Of a stretch of 64,000 bases of DNA, positions 1 to 12,095 are shown one piece after another. The notes under the pieces were generated by a model. It was not told the DNA's origin. It made no database searches and saw only the letters and a list, made by a program, of their open reading frames with translations. Positions within the stretch are counted from its first letter, which is position 1. The number at the start of each line of letters is the position of its first letter. The translations under genes were made by a program, and so were the position numbers. This stretch comes from Ascidiella aspersa. Its lineage: Eukaryota. The stretch covers positions 21,266,001 through 21,330,000 of the forward strand of contig OZ004613.1 of NCBI GenBank assembly GCA_963924565.1. The letters are read 5' to 3'.

Positions 1-1017
1 TAACGCACACATTTTACGAACATGAGTAAGTAACAAAAAATATATTATTCCACTAATATTAATTCGTCTTCTCTGGATACGTATATATTCTCATAAAATG
101 AATGTTCTACTGATTAAGATTTGACGTTAAAAGGGGTGGAAAAGACTTGAAATGTGCTTAAAAAATCCGTAAAGAAAAAAAGGTAAAACACAGTTTTTGG
201 TACATTTGTGTGCAAAAACGCGCCCCACTCTACTACAAAGGAGCATATATAATAATAAATAAAAGTGATTGAAGCAGTGGAGAAATGTAGCTTAAACCTT
301 TCAAAAGTATAGTCTTACATAAATCTTTTCGATCTAAATTAGAGGGACAAACAAACTTTTCGATTTGATTTAAAGGGACAAATTATATTGTTACTTAGCC
401 TTAATCAGACAGCATTACTTTCCGATTTATATACTGTTCGACTTAACATAAATCGAAAGGAAATGTTGTCCTATTTAGACTAAATCAGACAGTAAATTTG
501 TCCGATTTAAACGTTGTCCTATGTAACTTAAATCGAACACAATTGTACTCCAATTCAAGCTAAATTACACAAAAAGTGTCCGTATACTATTAAGGTATAA
601 GCGATATATTTTTTTTCCAAACGGCGCCCCTTGTTAATAGGTCTAAGCCTCTAATTCTCGAGAAGAGGGTTGGCGAATTGTAGTTAGCAAAGAAAAGCTT
701 ACTCTCGTACGTTATACAAATGACAAAGTTACGAGCACGGCAGTTGCGAGGCCATGTAAGGCAATAAAAAACTTAGCAACTATAGATACGAAACTAACTA
801 ATTAGTGCTCTTTATTACCATCATTTTGCAAATACAAAACTTGACACTTTTAGTGTGAGTGTAGCACGATTTATTAAAAAACATTATAATAAATATGATG
901 TGGGCCTACAACCAAAGCTTAGGGCGGGCAACGTATTTTAGCTCTTTTGTCCGTATACGTTGCAAAACAGTGCTTTAATGCGGAACAAGTCAATGCAATT
1001 TGCGATCTTTGTTGTAC

Positions 1018-4000
1018 CTATTCTTTCTTCGTTGCTTTGTTCGCAACGTAAAACCTTCCTCTCAACGCAAAAGCGACCAAAGAAACCACTCCCATGAACA
1101 AGTAGATTTGGCGGTTAAAAGGCAAACCTGGAAGGCAAACAAACACAGTTGTATTCAAAAAATTAAAGTAGCATTAAAGGAATTTTCTACGCCAGCGTTT
1201 TTCAACCGTTCTTCGAGGCGTCCTAAATACTAAGCGTAAGAATAACACCGAAGCTTTGGTGACCCAATTCTCTTCATTAAAGCGTTTGTAAGTTACCAAA
1301 TTATATGACGACTCAAAATTATATAATCTTAATAAATCTAATTATGTAAAGTTCTGCATTCGGCGAAACAACCAAACTCTTTGGCGACCCAATTTTGAGT
1401 CGCGGCCAATGGGTTAAGAAACAATGTTCTATCCGATGTTAGTGACAAACTTACCCAACTTTTGTTAAATGCTATACACAGTAAAAAGGATTCAATGAAA
1501 GATACACAGTTACACACACTTTAGGTTAAGTCATTTCTAAGGTGATTTTCAATGTTTATGCAAACACAAAAGTGTACTTTAGGTTAGTCTAAAACTGTTT
1601 TTTAATTCAAATTATAGAAAAATATTATCTGTGGCGTATTAGACTTCTTCGTTTGTAAAACTCGCCGGAGCATTTTCGTGTCTCCTTTAAAATTTTTACA
1701 ATAAATTCCACTAACATTATATAGGTGTTTAATTAATAAGGACTTTTATCTTGCAATATAATTTAGCTTGCAATATAAATTAAGACTTCTTTTAAGATTT
1801 AAACTTTTTCTGTATACAGTAAAGTGTCCTAATCTGAGTTCATTAACTATAAAATTTACCTGATTATTTCATAAAAGTAAGTATTCGCTTACCTGTTTCG
1901 GACGAACAGTTGCTAAGAACACCCAAGCAAACCATTAGGAACGTTGGATAAAACACATGGACGTGCCTGGTGTAGCGGTGAAAGAAAACAAGGTCGGACA
2001 GAATCCAACTTGACCACATAACAACGACGGGAATTAACGCTAATGTGCATGTGGTGGGTTTATCGAAGAAGCCTGAAAAGTGGCAGCAAACGTTATCAAC
2101 AGCTTCGATTGATTTTTGTGTACATTCTGTGATCTGAGTATATTCTGTGATCAGGCCCTTCTGAAGTCGTACTGACTAGCGACAACGGCACATATTATTT
2201 AGTATACCGACTCGGTTTGGCCGCAGGTAATTAGTTCGAACCTCACCGCAGGCTAGATTGTTTAGCTTTGTCGAATAGGCCGACTGATTTCAATAGGCCT
2301 TTCCAAAGTGAACACACAGTAAGTCCTAAAAAGCAACAACACACCAAGTAAAAAATAAATATGAAACCATATAGTATTACGATCAACGAAACCCGTTTGG
2401 AAGTCCTACAATCATTGAAATAAGGCCTAAATGGCCAAAATAACGCATAAAACTGTAGGGAGGGGGTATCGGGCTATCGGTGGCCATGGATCTGGCATCG
2501 GTCGTTTTGGTGCCGACGTTTGGGCGCCCTAGTGTGAATGGCGCCGTTAGGGCGACGCTGTTTTGGCACCGGATTTTTTTTCTTGTTTGGGATTATTTGT
2601 GGGTAATGGGTAGGGTTAGAAAATGGATTGGAGTTGAAATTATTGGGGAAGTTAGTGATGTAATAAGGGGTTGGGATTGCGGGTAAATAAAATGTAGTAT
2701 AGGCCTGATCTGGTCATTTAGGTCTTTTTACTACGGGTTTAGGACTTATTCCGAATTAGACGGTATTACGCCTATTGGGTATCAGTCCTATTCTGGTCTT
2801 GTCCGAACTGTGTTTTATTTTTACGTTGACGTTGTTCTTATTTGGTCTTATGGCTGGAGTTCTTTCCAAAGTCATCAGGGGTTGATTTGCTGTTTACGGC
2901 CATTTTAAACATCAATTAGCAGACACAATTGCAGGTATACAACATACCTCTCAAGGTACCAACTTCTAAAGAAGGCCCGTCTTGGTACATTAGAGTGGTT
3001 GTTAAAAAGAAACTGCAGCCGAATGAAGAAAAGTAAAGAGCCCAACACGCTGATCCGTTTACTACGAGAAGGTCAAACCACTTCGTCGAAATTGCTGAAA
3101 AGTTTCACGTAAAATCATGATTATTCACAAACAGGGCTTACTTAATAATTTGTTTATTAAAAACTAGAATGCAAAATAACAAGCGACAAAGCAAAATATG
3201 TATCACGCATAGTGTGACTGTGCCACAAATTGAATTATTGGAGAACTTTAGTGCCGACTACTGCGTTTGGCCGTGGGAACCGCCGTTGATCGGCTACCCG
3301 CCTACTGGGTTTCCCTGGGGGGATAGAACTTTGTGTGAATTTTGACCTCCGTTTTCTCAGCTCTGCGTAAGTGGGTGTTTTGTATTGCGTTATTTGACGT
3401 GGTCATTTTCGGGTGGATAGCGAGAGAATCGCACGCATTTTAAGCACGGTTTGCAATATCTTGGTTAGCGACTGTAGCATAATGCGAGCATGTGGTGTGC
3501 ACGGGTGTTTGCCGAATACTGATTGAAGTACTGTCTAATAAACGTCGACAACGTAAAGTCAATCCTTAGCCTTAGCAGCTACTTTGGGAATCGTGTTTGT
3601 CTTCCCACTATAGACATACGTTTTTTTTATTATTTCTGTCTGCACATATAGCTGGCTTAGGGCAGTGTAAGGAATTGCAATTTAAGAAGAAGCATTAGGA
3701 CTTCCATCCTTTACGTTAGGTTTTTCTAAAAAAAAATTTGTGCAAAAACAGAAGACGGTGCAATCAAAAAATATATTTAGAGCACTTAGCGCCTTTATCA
3801 TTACTGGACAATTTTAAAAACGTACCTGAATTGTCACTAAGGCTTTCGGACTTTATCATTGCCATGATTAAAATGAGAATGCTGCTGAATCCATAGGTGC
3901 AAATCAAAAAGAACATAAAAAAGAGTTTTTCAAATGAGTATGTGAACACCCAGCCTATTAGACCAAGTGCGTGAATTGCCCAAAGAACATAGTAGAACTG

Positions 4001-4988
4001 TAAAACATGTTTTTTATTAATATGTAATTTATCATTTTAAGCAACCGCAATCATAAATAGTGCAAATCTAGTCACAAATACTCAAAGTTCAATAAGGTAA
4101 CTTTTAAAGGGTTTATTGCGAATGGAATATTGACCTTTTACAACAGTTACGAAATTTGATAGGCTTAATAGATAAATATTTTCCAATTTGATGTAAAATA
4201 GTTGGTAAATAATTTGTAATCAATTTGTTAAATTTTCATACTTATAAAAGTAGTACTTTGTTGTTTAAGGTGTGTGTAAGAATACTTACTGTGTTAAATA
4301 TCTTTTGCTTTCCTTCGAGTATAAAGAGATAGCCAAGAGCGACGTAGTTCAACACGAAACATGAAGCAAACATCAAAGGATACTGTAAGATAAGTAAAAT
4401 TACACTCTATCGATTTCATAACAAGATAATTTAATGGTAGCACCAAATCGCCTTCTGTGCGTTTCTAATGTTTAGCTGCAACTCCTTTTTTATTTCACTG
4501 TTTTAATACTTTGTTTACAACAATCGGGCGCGCGATGCAATACAATGCATTTAAAAATCCGATTTTCCTCTCATAATTTATTGGAGTTTAAAGGCTACTT
4601 ACGAAATATATATTGTAGTTTGTACTTACGAAAAGAGGGTGGGGACTAAAATCAATTCCAGGATATTTTGTCCTCACGACGGAAATGGATGCAGCTGAAA
4701 AATATATAAATCATTGATTGCAAGTTGTGCGCGTTGATATTTTTCACTGAAAATCTTACATGTAAATTCCGCAATATTCCGGAGATTGTTTTTGTTGTTT
4801 ATTTAAATAGGCCCAAGTTCATTGGCTAACTCTCCATAGAATTTGCTATAACATATAATTATCTCCATTGGATATAAGTTACCTGGCAAAAAATATGCTA
4901 GTTGTCCACCACCCAGCATGAAAGTAAATACTCCTGTCAACAGATTTAGACCCAAGCTTCCAAGAGCACATTTTTGTCCAAAATTCAT
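1018..4988 (-). CDS. Uncharacterised multi-pass membrane protein, 290 aa, 7 exons (TspO-related-like family by motif resemblance)
   Basis: Hand-assembled exons 4988-4883, 4694-4630, 4382-4290, 3997-3826, 3094-2948, 2072-1893, 1127-1018. All introns are GT-AG and all phases are compatible: 873 nt from ATG to TAG with no internal stop. Starts MNFGQKCALGSLGLNLLTGVFTFML; contains VRTKYPGIDFSPHPLF, LLVVNGSACWALY and DLVFFHRYTRHVHVFYP; ends ANKATKKE*. About 7-8 hydrophobic segments. Family assignment is from memory of motifs only. Confidence 0.8.
2175..2330 (+). mobile_element. Degenerate tRNA-derived SINE copy
   Basis: B-box/T-arm and 3' acceptor strand (agttcgaacctcaccgcaggc, ~2234-2253) resemble the intact tRNA-like head at 22275-22350; the 5' half is decayed. 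Confidence 0.5.
2480..2706. repeat. Dispersed repeat with degenerate TTAGGG/TTGGG-like tract; second copy at ~6835-6984
   Basis: Shared blocks tctggcatcg..gttttggtg, aattatt..gaagttagtgatg and aggcct occur in the same order in both copies. Confidence 0.55.
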
Positions 4989-7678
4989 TCTCACTATATT
5001 TATACCAAACGCGGAAGTAGATGCAATGTCTGCCAATGGAACTAATATAACAACACTGGAAAAAAGTAAGGTTTAAATTAATTAACGTTTTAATAGTGTG
5101 CTCTTTCTAAAACCGTACATATAATTAAGTTTTACGTCCAATAATATAATTTATTAAATGGACTAAAAATCACTTTGCTTCAGGCTACATATGCACAGTT
5201 GGACGTCTTGACTTTGGAGTAACATATTTAAAAATGTTATGCATTCTATACTGTCTGTTTCGAATTAACTGTCCCTGAGAATTTAAAATTTCGGGTGTTT
5301 AATCTGCACATGGATATATAGACTGTCGGATTTGCCTTAGCACTTGCGCAAATGGCAGGCCGTTTTACACATATTCGTAGACCCCGTACAAAACACTCAC
5401 TGATCTGTTACGAACATTACGCCGCAGTCAGTTCTGATGAAAAGTTTATTGTTTTGTAAAACACCTGTCACTGAATTTTAGGACGGCCACAAGAATTATC
5501 TGAATAAATGTTGTGGTCATTAACAACATGGTGATATCTTCTTCTGTAAATTAATGATAGTCACGCATTGTTTGGTTCAGTTGAACACTGGGCTTCAATA
5601 TAACGCAAATCTTCGAAATAAAGACGGCAAAGCAAAAACTATATAATATGCTAAACTTACTATTAAGGCCCTGTCTTATATACATTGGTTATTATTGTTT
5701 GACTGGTATAAGTTAATCTGTAGCTAGAATTCTAAAGCTGCCCTCATCTACCTGTGTGCCATTCAGACCATAGCGAACTACTAGACCGCAAAATCACTTA
5801 AAATAAACGCTACCTTCAATTCTGAATGGGAAGCCTATCTAGCCTGTTCGCAGCTAGCCCGCCAAAAAAAAAAAAAAAAGAAGTGTACCTGCTGTTAGAC
5901 AGTGGTTCTCAACGAGGGCCATGGTTGAGAAACCCTGTGCTAAGACATCGGTGTATATGAGAAGCCAGAAATGAGTCAAACTGGCGATAAGCGAAAGCGC
6001 AAATAGATCTAAATATTGTGCTCCTAATAATTTTTCGGAGCATTTACGAGCAGTAAAACAACAAACGGTCACAGTCATACCATACCTGAAATTACAGCTG
6101 AACGTTACACATCCACTTGTACATCACACACCAATATGTTTTCTATTGTTACATAGGTATACTTGTTAAGCCATTTTGTCTTTGGTTTTTATTCTTTGTT
6201 TGAGCATTGAGCTTTAATTCGATCAGATGCTGCTCAAAACGGCTAGCATATTTTTTGGTGTTCATTCGTTACGGCAGTTATTTAAATAGAAATATATCTA
6301 AGCACGCAAGGCGCCAAGGCGAGTACCAGCACAAAAGCAGCCGAGTTTAAATGCAACTTCAAGCATACACAGTCTTCTCGTTTTTCCGCAAACAGTGAGA
6401 CAAGGACGAAGGCGTTTCCTATTAAGTCTGCTCGGGAGATTTTCGGCGTTACTTGCTGTGGGATAAAGTGAAATTTGACATATATGAACTAACAAAGCGT
6501 AAGCTTCAATCTGTTGGAGTCAGTGTGCCATCTGTTAAGGGTTTTCCATGAAGAATGCTTAGACTTAAATACTTCGTAAAACATTTATAATGACTTTGTG
6601 AAATAGGTAATGTAAAATGCTGAGAATGCCCATAGCAGTCGACGTATATTGCGATAGCGTTTGGGCTAAACCTGCTTCACAGTATTTTGATCGTTCAGTA
6701 TATATCCGATACGTCTACGGTTTTATTTGCTCTCCCAGGGAACAATTTAGGGACAGCCCTGAGTCTTTCACTTTAATTTAAACGCCCAATAAACCAAACT
6801 GTATAGGAAGATAATATGGGACGATCGGAGGCAACTGTCTGGCATCGACTGTTTTGGTGTCGTCGCCTTGGACCATGATTGGGTTTAGGGGTTAAAAATT
6901 GGGTTGGGTGCAGAATTATTAATGAAGTTAGTGATGAACATAAAAGGTGGTGTTTGGGGTAAGGTAGAATTTGTGGAGGCCTTATTAGATAACAATTTAG
7001 ATAACAAACCAATATAATTGACACTTAACATTGGCTCTTACTCCACGACAGGGCAATCGGTAAATACCCTTATGGTTTTTAACTAATCAGGTCAAACTCA
7101 AGTCTTACTGATGGTTGCATGAGATCATTTCAGTACGTTAGCGGGCCGCACCTGTTCAACAATTATATTTATTATATCTGCACTCCTTTAATTTATAATT
7201 TCGATATAGTGCCTATGGCAAACGCTTTATTTGCATTTTGAAATAATGATAGCATAGAGTGGTGTGGGTACCCACATAAATGTTTTCAAGCGTCAAAAAT
7301 GATTTAACAAACGTTTGAAATGCAGCCACTTTCACTTGCGCCGCATGCGCCGGAATTTTTTGGAAATTATGTTGTGGCTGTCAAGGATTTGTTAAGGTTT
7401 TTTTTTATCAAAACGAAACAAATCGAGCAATTTAAGACAGCAGGCGCAATAGGTGGAAATATTACGCGGATCCTATGTGTGTTTGTGAAGAGTGTGTGCG
7501 GCCCAGAAGTCAAAGTTTGACACACCTGGTTTAGATTTATATTGTCAAATTAAAACAGACAGACTGACCAAGTAGTTAAAGTTAATTGGTAATAGCACAT
7601 GGAGTGTAGTGTTAAATATACCCTAAGAGGTTGCTATATAAATTAGGCGTTTTTTTAGTTTCTATTAACGCGCTTTAT

Positions 7679-8155
7679 AAGGGGTCGGGAACCTATGGCT
7701 TGCAAGCCATATATGGCCCTTTTTGAGAGGTCATATTGCTCTTTTGATGAACGAATATTGCCTGCAGATAAAAAGGTCTAGATCTAGATTCTAAGCTATC
7801 ATTTCACAGTATGATCTGTACAAAATTGCAAGCTGCCACGGCCGCTTTCGTAACTTTATATTTCCTTTTTTATTACACATAGTAGGAAATTTTCGGCGCT
7901 TCGCGCGAATCTATCTATATCCAAAATGCCCTATTCTTTCTACGGAACTCCGTAATCAAAGTTATGCATAGTTCGCTAATTAATTTTTGATGCATATTAT
8001 GTTCTGTCCTTTAAATTGGGACAAAATAAACGGCCCTGCTCAATGTACTAGTTTTTGCAAACCTATAGCTAGATGTTTTACATGGCTCTCTGGAAATACA
8101 TCCACGAATATCTGACTTTTATGGCTCCCTTAGCTAAAAAAGTCCCCGACCCCTG
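7679..8155. mobile_element. hAT-type MITE
   Basis: Termini aaggggtcgggaac / agtccccgacccctg; flanking 8-mers cgctttat / cgctatat (7/8 TSD). Confidence 0.7.
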
Positions 8156-11100
8156 CGCTATATCATTACGCTTCCGGCGAGTCTTTGCTTGGTTTATATG
8201 TTTATTTACAGCTATAGGGTCAATATTCTCCTTACAAATTTTGCCAATATGCCTATTTAAGGTCGATTTTTGTGTAGCGAATGCGTCATTCATCCTCGCA
8301 AAGAAAATATATTTACAAAATGAAACCACATACACACACGATTTTTTTCGAGCTTCAACATCCATTGAAATAAGCAGGTTTATTACTTGTATCATGACGT
8401 CATTTTGACGTAGTTATGGTCACGTAGGGATTTTTGTGTGTCGCGTCGAAAAGTGTTACACGCGTTAATTATCAGTGATGATCGTAGCACGTTTACTACA
8501 GGATTCTGCCTGAATCGAACAAATCACAATCCCTCGGATAAAAGAAAAATAAACAGTTCCAAATAATTATACCTTCCAATTGTGGCATCCATGAGTCTTA
8601 TAAACTCGCAGGGCTTGTTCTCGCTTAGCCATGTAACAGCTGTTTTGGCCTGTCGAAAAACCAACACTGAATACAGACTTTTCAACAAAAAATATACATT
8701 ATTATCATTTTCGGTTTTGTAGCCTACTAACATTCACAAAGTTTCGAAAAAATCCTACAAACCAACAGTCCGCGCAAAACGTTTTAATTAAAAACAACTC
8801 GCGAATTTTTGGGAGGCACAACTTTAGGATTAGCCTATTATTTTGGGGTTTTGCCGAACTTTTAAGAACCACGTCCCATTGTTCCCCGTAATACGTTGTC
8901 CAGCCGTTGAAGCCTGTATAACAGAAAACTTGTATTACAATGTGCCAGATCAACCCGCCATGAAGGCATTTCGCTCTTTCTTTACCTCTGCGATTCATAC
9001 AGCTAAAATTCCATGCATTTAAAATACATAAACAGGAAAATGAAGGCGAAGTACTTCACTATGCCAAATAAGACTACACTGTGCTGGAATCAAGACTGTT
9101 GTCCTCTTAATAATCGCAACTTCACCACAAAATCCGTTAGTAGTTTCTATACAAGCTAATTCCGTTTTAAGAGAGCCATAAACTTGAGTAATTTCAAATT
9201 GGAGCGCTCTCGTCCTTTTTTTCGTGTCTTGCAATGCGTTACAGATTTATCTGAATTTTTAACTAACTTATGTATGCTAGCACAACTTGTAATTGTTTTT
9301 GGTTTAACTAAAAGCTATACGGACGACCAGACTGACTAAAGCTACTTTCGCTATACAGTCAAATGATTCGCATTTAAGGTCATTTCAAATATATCGAAAC
9401 AGCTGGTTGTAAAAATGCTCCAATCACTCAAATAATAATGACCAAACCTTGACTGTCAAGAACTAAAGTATTTCTCGGCAGCAATCCGAAATCACCATCT
9501 TGCTTAGCAATTAGAAAAGTTTACATATTAGCCAGTATTGCACAAGGCGTTTACAGTAACGTTTAATGAAAGTCAGCCAAAAAGTTTGTATTGCTCAATA
9601 CCGGAAATGACCAGCTTTCCGACTTCCGATGTATCACGACATGTTTCTTAGAAGGAAAACAGATTCGTTAGTAATTTTACGAAACAGTAATTTTTGCGTG
9701 AAATGTCAACTCTATCTCTGGCTGAAGTGTTGATAACTTAATATTCATATGACGATTGGTCACTAATGAAAAATTTGAGTCAAACACAACTAAATAAACA
9801 TTAACGAGTGCTACTTATAGGTTACAGTTCAAAAAATTGTTGTAAACGAATCTGAGAGGCCACCTTAGGCGTATTAGTGCAAATTAGACCGGGTGTGACG
9901 TGTGACAATGATGTAAAAAATGATTTTATCATAGTGTCTCTTGTTTGCTTGTATGTTTTTTCTGCATGTTTTTCACCCTTAACCCGTTTCTCGCTATCTG
10001 TCCATTGCACTTTTCTCGCAAGTTGTTTCGACGTTTATCTGCAAGGAAAGGGAAATCTAAACGAGAAGACTTGCGAGTACATTCGAGTTCATAAGTAAAA
10101 ACTTTAGACGCCTCTTGCAGCGCCCAGCAGGCATTGGCAGGGCGTGAAGTACGGACCTGATAAATCGACGTAACACCATTCCGTCGACCCTTGCGTCCTG
10201 TTTACAGGATTTACGGATTGTTCGCCATACGCCTATATACACGCAGTATCGCAGTTCCATAAAAACAAAAGGTAGCGTTAGTAGCAAACGCATGCCCATG
10301 TAATAACTCTTAAAATATTACTCCAGGCGTAGTTACTCAGTAGCTTTGACAGTTTTCAAACTAATAACAATTCGGCCTATATTTAAATCAAGGTCGTCCC
10401 TAGGGCGATAATTTTTCAACCTGTGAAATGAGAAACTTTGAAAAATGTTTACCTAAAAATTTTTTTTTCAAAATCTTGACCTATTAGAAATACATTAATT
10501 TAAAAAACAAATTCTTGTCTGAAGTACTGCATTAGTGTCTTGGCGTCGTCGGTCACTTGTTTTTATTCTTTTTCTCACGACCTATAGAACACAAAAATCC
10601 AATTATTTTTCGGGTGTATGCAAAACTCATGGAAATGCTGAGATGATATTTTTGTCATTCCAAAAAGACAAAGAACTATAAAAATGCCAAATAAAAACAA
10701 GACTCTGGTGCGTAAACAGTTGAAATACAAGGTAAAAATAATTTTAAAAAATTAATAAAGACCTAGGATATTATCGAAATAAAAATGGAATAATTGCAAA
10801 TTACAAGCGAGAAAAGACAGCAAAAATGTTCAACACATTTGTCCAAACTATAGTTTTGTAATTTTGTAAGCGATTTATGTGTATTTGTAAGTTATACTTG
10901 ATATTTGGGCAGGAAATTCGCCGTCTGGTCAAATGCCATTAATTTTTTCCAAAGAATAATGAATAAAAAATTCATCCAAAAGTTAGACTTCAGATATCGG
11001 CCACAATGCGACCATACACTCACAATAAACAAAAAGCGAAACATTTTTTATTAACTCAATAATTCCATCAACCTGATCTGATGTATTTAAACAACAACAA

Positions 11101-12095
11101 TTAATTATGACGTCACTGCTTCTTTGTTCCAGCAATGACCTGTTTGATTTCGAGATTCCCGCTTATTTCTAAATAGTTGACCTTGAAGAGAGAAATGCGA
11201 TGCTCGAACTCGGCTCAAGGTCGATCGTCGAACGCCAGCTGTCCAGCGTGACGTCATAAACAAAGTTTTGTAGGTTTTATTATATTCCTATACTGTGCAA
11301 GTGCATCAGATCAACCCACACAGCGCAACATTAAGCTCATATACAGCTGTTTGTTCTTATAAACGCGACTACAGCAAATACCACACTCCATGATTTGATG
11401 CACTAAATATGAATCTAAATAATAACTCGCGGACCCTACGTTTTCAACCTTTTCCTAAGGCAGGACTTAACAAACTGGGGGTCAACGAGTTTAAGTCGTC
11501 GCGAGTAAGTCCGTATACATTTTCATACAAATAAGTGTTGCATCTACGGAATTGTTATTTTTTTCTGATTGACATTCACGCCAAAGCGTACAACGAGAAA
11601 TGTTATATTTTAAACTTTCAAACCTGGGGGGTCGTGGAAAGTCTTAATAAATAAAAGGGGTTGCAGACTGTAAGGTTTGGTAAACCCTGTTATAACGCAC
11701 CCACTTGTACTAGCTAATATAATATTTAATGGCGTTATTTGGTTTTGGATCATATTAGCCTACGTTTTTTGTAAAGTTGATTGGAGTTTTGTCTGTTGAT
11801 AATTTTAAAAAGCATAATTCGGCTCTAAAATGAAGATGCGGAAAATGTAGCAATTAACAAAACACAGTAATATAGATTAACATGCATTAAATTTCGCTAT
11901 TTAAAATTTAAACCTCAATTATTGCTTTTTCACAAAATTAAAAACGTTTCAGATTTGTAAACAAATTTGTTTAACAAAGTTACAAATAGACTTTATAAAC
12001 TAATTTTTTGACATTTGCATAAATTTTATCCGCCCTTGCGTGTTTATTCACCTGCCAGCCGCAGAAATGCATAACGTTTTTAAAATCATTGTTCA

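Noticed and set aside
300-590. Degenerate ~30-bp subrepeats (cgattt...gacaaa)
   Set aside because: Likely the interior of an old repeat; no termini or TSD could be defined.
8500-10300. Cluster of short minus-strand ORFs
   Set aside because: No recognisable domain and no consistent splice-phase chain; may be decayed coding sequence but cannot be supported.
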